64,000 bases of DNA from an uncultured Ruficoccus sp. (lineage in GTDB: Bacteria; Verrucomicrobiota; Verrucomicrobiia; Opitutales; Cerasicoccaceae), in the NCBI GenBank assembly GCA_965140785.1, contig OZ223497.1, positions 1-64,000 of the forward strand, in the 5' to 3' direction. This document shows positions 61,419 to 64,000 of this stretch, one piece after another. The notes under the pieces are model-generated. The model was not told where the DNA came from and ran no database searches. It saw only the letters and a list, made by a program, of their open reading frames with translations. Numbering within the stretch: the first letter of the stretch is position 1; every line of letters begins with the position of its first letter. The position numbers were made by a program, and so were the translations under genes.

Positions 61419-62078
61419 TTAAGAGATGCTTGTTGTGCTTCTCACCCCGAACAGCGCCTCGGCCTCGGTGGCGAGGAGGCGCTTGACCTCGGATAAATCG
61501 ATGTCCTGCCCCAGCTCGGTGGCGACGGAGGTGACGGTGCCCTCGGCGGGAGTGATGCCGCAGGGGACGATACCGCCGAAGTTGCCCAGGTCGCAGTTTA
61601 CGTTGAGCGCGAAGCCGTGGTAGGTGACCCAGCGCTTCACGGCGACGCCGATAGCGGCGATCTTGCGGGTGTCCAGCCAGATGCCGGTCATACCCTCGCG
61701 GCGAGCGGCGGCCAGCCCGAGGGAGCCTAGCACGTTGATGATGAGCTGCTCGATCTTGCGCAGGTAGGCGTGGAGGTCGCGGGTGGCGGCCAGGGAAATA
61801 ACCGGGTAGCCGACGATCTGGCCGGGCCCGTGCCAGGTGATGTCGCCGCCGCGGTTGGTTTTGGCCACCTGGATGCCGTTGGCCTGAAGGGCGTCGGGGG
61901 CAAGCAGCAGGTGTTTTTCCGCGCCGTGGCGAGCGCCGATGGTATAGACGGATTCGTGCTCGGTCAGAATGAGCGTGTCGTCGATTTCGCCGTCGAGGCG
62001 CTGTTCGACGCGCTCCAGCTGCCGGTTAAAAGCATCCGCGTAGGCCGTCCGGCCCCAGTCTTCGATCGTTAAAGCCAT
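61419..62078 (-). CDS. lipB: Lipoyl(octanoyl) transferase
   Basis: EHESVYTIG, RGGDITWHGPGQ, KIAAIG, HGFALN, VPCG. Confidence 0.96.
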   Translation of the reverse strand: MALTIEDWGRTAYADAFNRQLERVEQRLDGEIDDTLILTEHESVYTIGARHGAEKHLLLAPDALQANGIQVAKTNRGGDITWHGPGQIVGYPVISLAATRDLHAYLRKIEQLIINVLGSLGLAAARREGMTGIWLDTRKIAAIGVAVKRWVTYHGFALNVNCDLGNFGGIVPCGITPAEGTVTSVATELGQDIDLSEVKRLLATEAEALFGVRSTTSIS

Positions 62079-62163
62079 TTGAAGCAAAAGGTTCATCTTG
62101 CCGGAAAACGCCAAAATGGCAAGCGGACGAATCACCCTTTCCCAACTCTGCGAGCTGCTCCCC

Positions 62164-62211
62164 CAACTCTCAAACGATCAAACCCTCAAACCTTCAAACT
62201 CCCCTCAAACC
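62164..62211. repeat. Octamer tandem array (NTCAAACY), sister of 42722
   Basis: caact ctcaaacg atcaaacc ctcaaacc ttcaaact ccc ctcaaacc. Confidence 0.8.
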
Positions 62212-62708
62212 TACAGGAACAGGGCGGAGTAGAAGAGGGCGACCATGACGAAGGAGATGCCGATCTTGATGATAAAGGAGGCGATGCCGCCGACAAGGGT
62301 GCCGACCCCGGCCTTGCCGGATTCCTTGATCGTGCGCCGGGCGGTCAGCTCGCCGATGATGGCCCCAAGCACCGGCCCGACGACCAGTCCGATAAAGGGC
62401 GAGAAGACAAACGGCCCGATGATCCCGCCGATGACCGCCCCGACCGCGCCCCGGGTGGAGCCGCCGAATTTCTTCGCCCCCCAGTACCCGGCGATAAAGT
62501 CCAGCACCTGCGCCAGGGCGGCGAGCCCGCCGGTGATGAGGACGATTTTCCAGGAAAGGTCTTCGGGCACCCAGATTTTGTAGATGACGATACCGCTCCA
62601 GATGATCACGCAGCCGGGCAGGATGGGCACGAGCGAGCCCACCACGCCGATGAAAATGATCAGGGCGGTGACGAGAAAGGGCAGCCAGTGAATGCCTTCG
62701 TGTTCCAT
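62211..62708 (-). CDS. DUF456 family membrane protein
   Basis: G...P.LPG, D..AG..GAKKFGGS, GP..GA..GE. Confidence 0.88.
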   Translation of the reverse strand: MEHEGIHWLPFLVTALIIFIGVVGSLVPILPGCVIIWSGIVIYKIWVPEDLSWKIVLITGGLAALAQVLDFIAGYWGAKKFGGSTRGAVGAVIGGIIGPFVFSPFIGLVVGPVLGAIIGELTARRTIKESGKAGVGTLVGGIASFIIKIGISFVMVALFYSALFL

Positions 62709-62806
62709 GAAAACAGCCCGAGTTTGCGGGCCGGGGGCGTTTTTGCTAGTCAAAACGCCAGAGATTGCTAAGTTGTTCACCCGTACCCTATTATTCTTTT
62801 TATATC

Positions 62807-63355
62807 GTGAGCGACTACTTCCCCAACCCCGACGTCCAGCAGGAACTCAACGACTTCTTCTCACATGAGGAGTTTCTGGCCTTTTTTGATTTTCATCTCC
62901 CCGGATCCGGCGGCAAGATGCTCAACGGCCTCTGCAAGGTCGCCCGGCCCGCCGGTCCGCATACGGTCAACTACCTGTGTCTGACCTTCGTGGTGGATAC
63001 GCCGAACGTCGAAGCCGAGCACCAGATTGAAAAACTTCTGGCCAAGCTCGACCTGAAGGCCCTGCGCGAGCAGTTGCCCACCATCCAGTCGATGACCTCG
63101 GTGCCCGCCAGCATGCGCCACTCCGAGAACTACGTCCACCAGATGGATTTGATTTTCCCGAGCGACCGCGAGATTGAGTTGCGCGAAGTGGTCCCGATGA
63201 TCCTCTTCAGTCTGCGCAAGGCCACCGGCCTCAAGACTGAGAGCCCGCAGTGGTGGGACGAGGGAACCCTCGATGCTCCCAAGCCGACGGAAGTGGAAAA
63301 GGCCAACTGGGGCAACCGCCTCAAGGCCATCTTCAAAGCCGTCGGCAAAAAGTAG
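62807..63355 (+). CDS. Hypothetical protein
   Basis: ORF with strong GC3 bias; GTG 62807 assumed. Confidence 0.75.
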   Translation: MSDYFPNPDVQQELNDFFSHEEFLAFFDFHLPGSGGKMLNGLCKVARPAGPHTVNYLCLTFVVDTPNVEAEHQIEKLLAKLDLKALREQLPTIQSMTSVPASMRHSENYVHQMDLIFPSDREIELREVVPMILFSLRKATGLKTESPQWWDEGTLDAPKPTEVEKANWGNRLKAIFKAVGKK

Positions 63356-63418
63356 GTCCGGCTGGACCAGCACTGAGGGGGCTTTGCCCCCTACGCGTCC
63401 AAAAGGCCGCTACCCCAG
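63355..63418 (-). repeat. GTAG REP-like multi-hairpin element, locus 4 (reverse orientation)
   Basis: Reverse complement: CTGGGGTAG-CGGCC-TTTT-GGACG-CGTAGGGGGCAAAGCCCCCTCAGTGCT-GGTCC-AGCC-GGACC. Confidence 0.8.
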
Positions 63419-63563
63419 GTGATGCCTGGATTCTGAATGCCGCCGTATCTGGATGCCTTTGCCTGGAGCAAAGGCAGGGGGGATTTAGTGAGCTTCAGGT
63501 GGGTGGGGGCAGGAGCCATTCTGGCTCCGATGGGGCGGAGCCCCATTCCGATGCGCAAGTGCT

Positions 63564-64000
63564 CTAGAGGAGGATCCAGCTCCCCAGGCCGAGGAAAACG
63601 GCGAAGCTGAAGATATCCGTCGAGGCAGTGAGGAAGATGTTGCTCGACTGCGCCGGGTCGAACCCGAGCTTCTTCAGCATGAGCGGGATGAATGCCCCAG
63701 CCATACCGGCGAAGCACATGGCCATGACCATGGAACTGAAAATGACGACGGAGATCATCGGATTACCGGTCAGCAGGCCGACGCTGACGGCGGCAACCAT
63801 GCCGACCAGCATGCCATTCATGAGCCCCTTAAACATTTCGCGCATGCACACCCGGCGGTCTTCGCCGGTGTGGACGTTGCCCAGGGCGATGCTGCGAATG
63901 AGAATGGCCAGGGTCTGCGCGCCGGTGTTGCCACTGAGCCCCGCGACCACGGGCATGCACGCGGCCAGAATGGCCATGCGGCTGATCTGGTCCTCAAAGG
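63564..64000 (-). CDS. mgtE: Magnesium transporter MgtE, 3' part only
   Basis: P...GLSGNTGAQ, IR..A.G, DPA..S..F.T..TD; runs off the window end. Confidence 0.92.
   Translation of the reverse strand, partial: FEDQISRMAILAACMPVVAGLSGNTGAQTLAILIRSIALGNVHTGEDRRVCMREMFKGLMNGMLVGMVAAVSVGLLTGNPMISVVIFSSMVMAMCFAGMAGAFIPLMLKKLGFDPAQSSNIFLTASTDIFSFAVFLGLGSWILL

Overview
GC-rich bacterial chromosomal segment. Gene content and style suggest Verrucomicrobiota (Opitutae-like); this is inference only. Housekeeping genes include a cysteine desulfurase 3' end, recF, ruvC, an ECF sigma/anti-sigma/yceI set, queA, queD, acs, yggS, aroE, pilD, cysC-cysD-cysN, an oxoprolinase, an HDAC-family protein, a K+/H+ antiporter, ppk2, a membrane pyrophosphatase, dgkA, lipA/lipB and an mgtE 3' end. 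There are also a lipid A modification-like cluster, a glucosylglycerate/mannosylglucosylglycerate cluster, an FAD oxidase + MnmM-like methylase pair and an exosortase. I saw no rRNA, tRNA, CRISPR array, transposase, integrase or reverse transcriptase. At least seven genes are split by 1-bp indels, mostly in homopolymers, which are most likely sequencing errors. The most unusual signal is intergenic. (i) Imperfect arrays of 7-, 8- and 9-nt tandem repeats occur as inverted pairs, either empty or bracketing a small lower-GC gene: a four-helix-bundle gene between cysD and cysN, and a small membrane-protein gene after gpgS. In both, the right arm supplies the stop codon. (ii) A multi-hairpin GTAG REP-like element occurs at four loci with compensatory base changes. 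(iii) Two MITE-like inverted-repeat elements are present.
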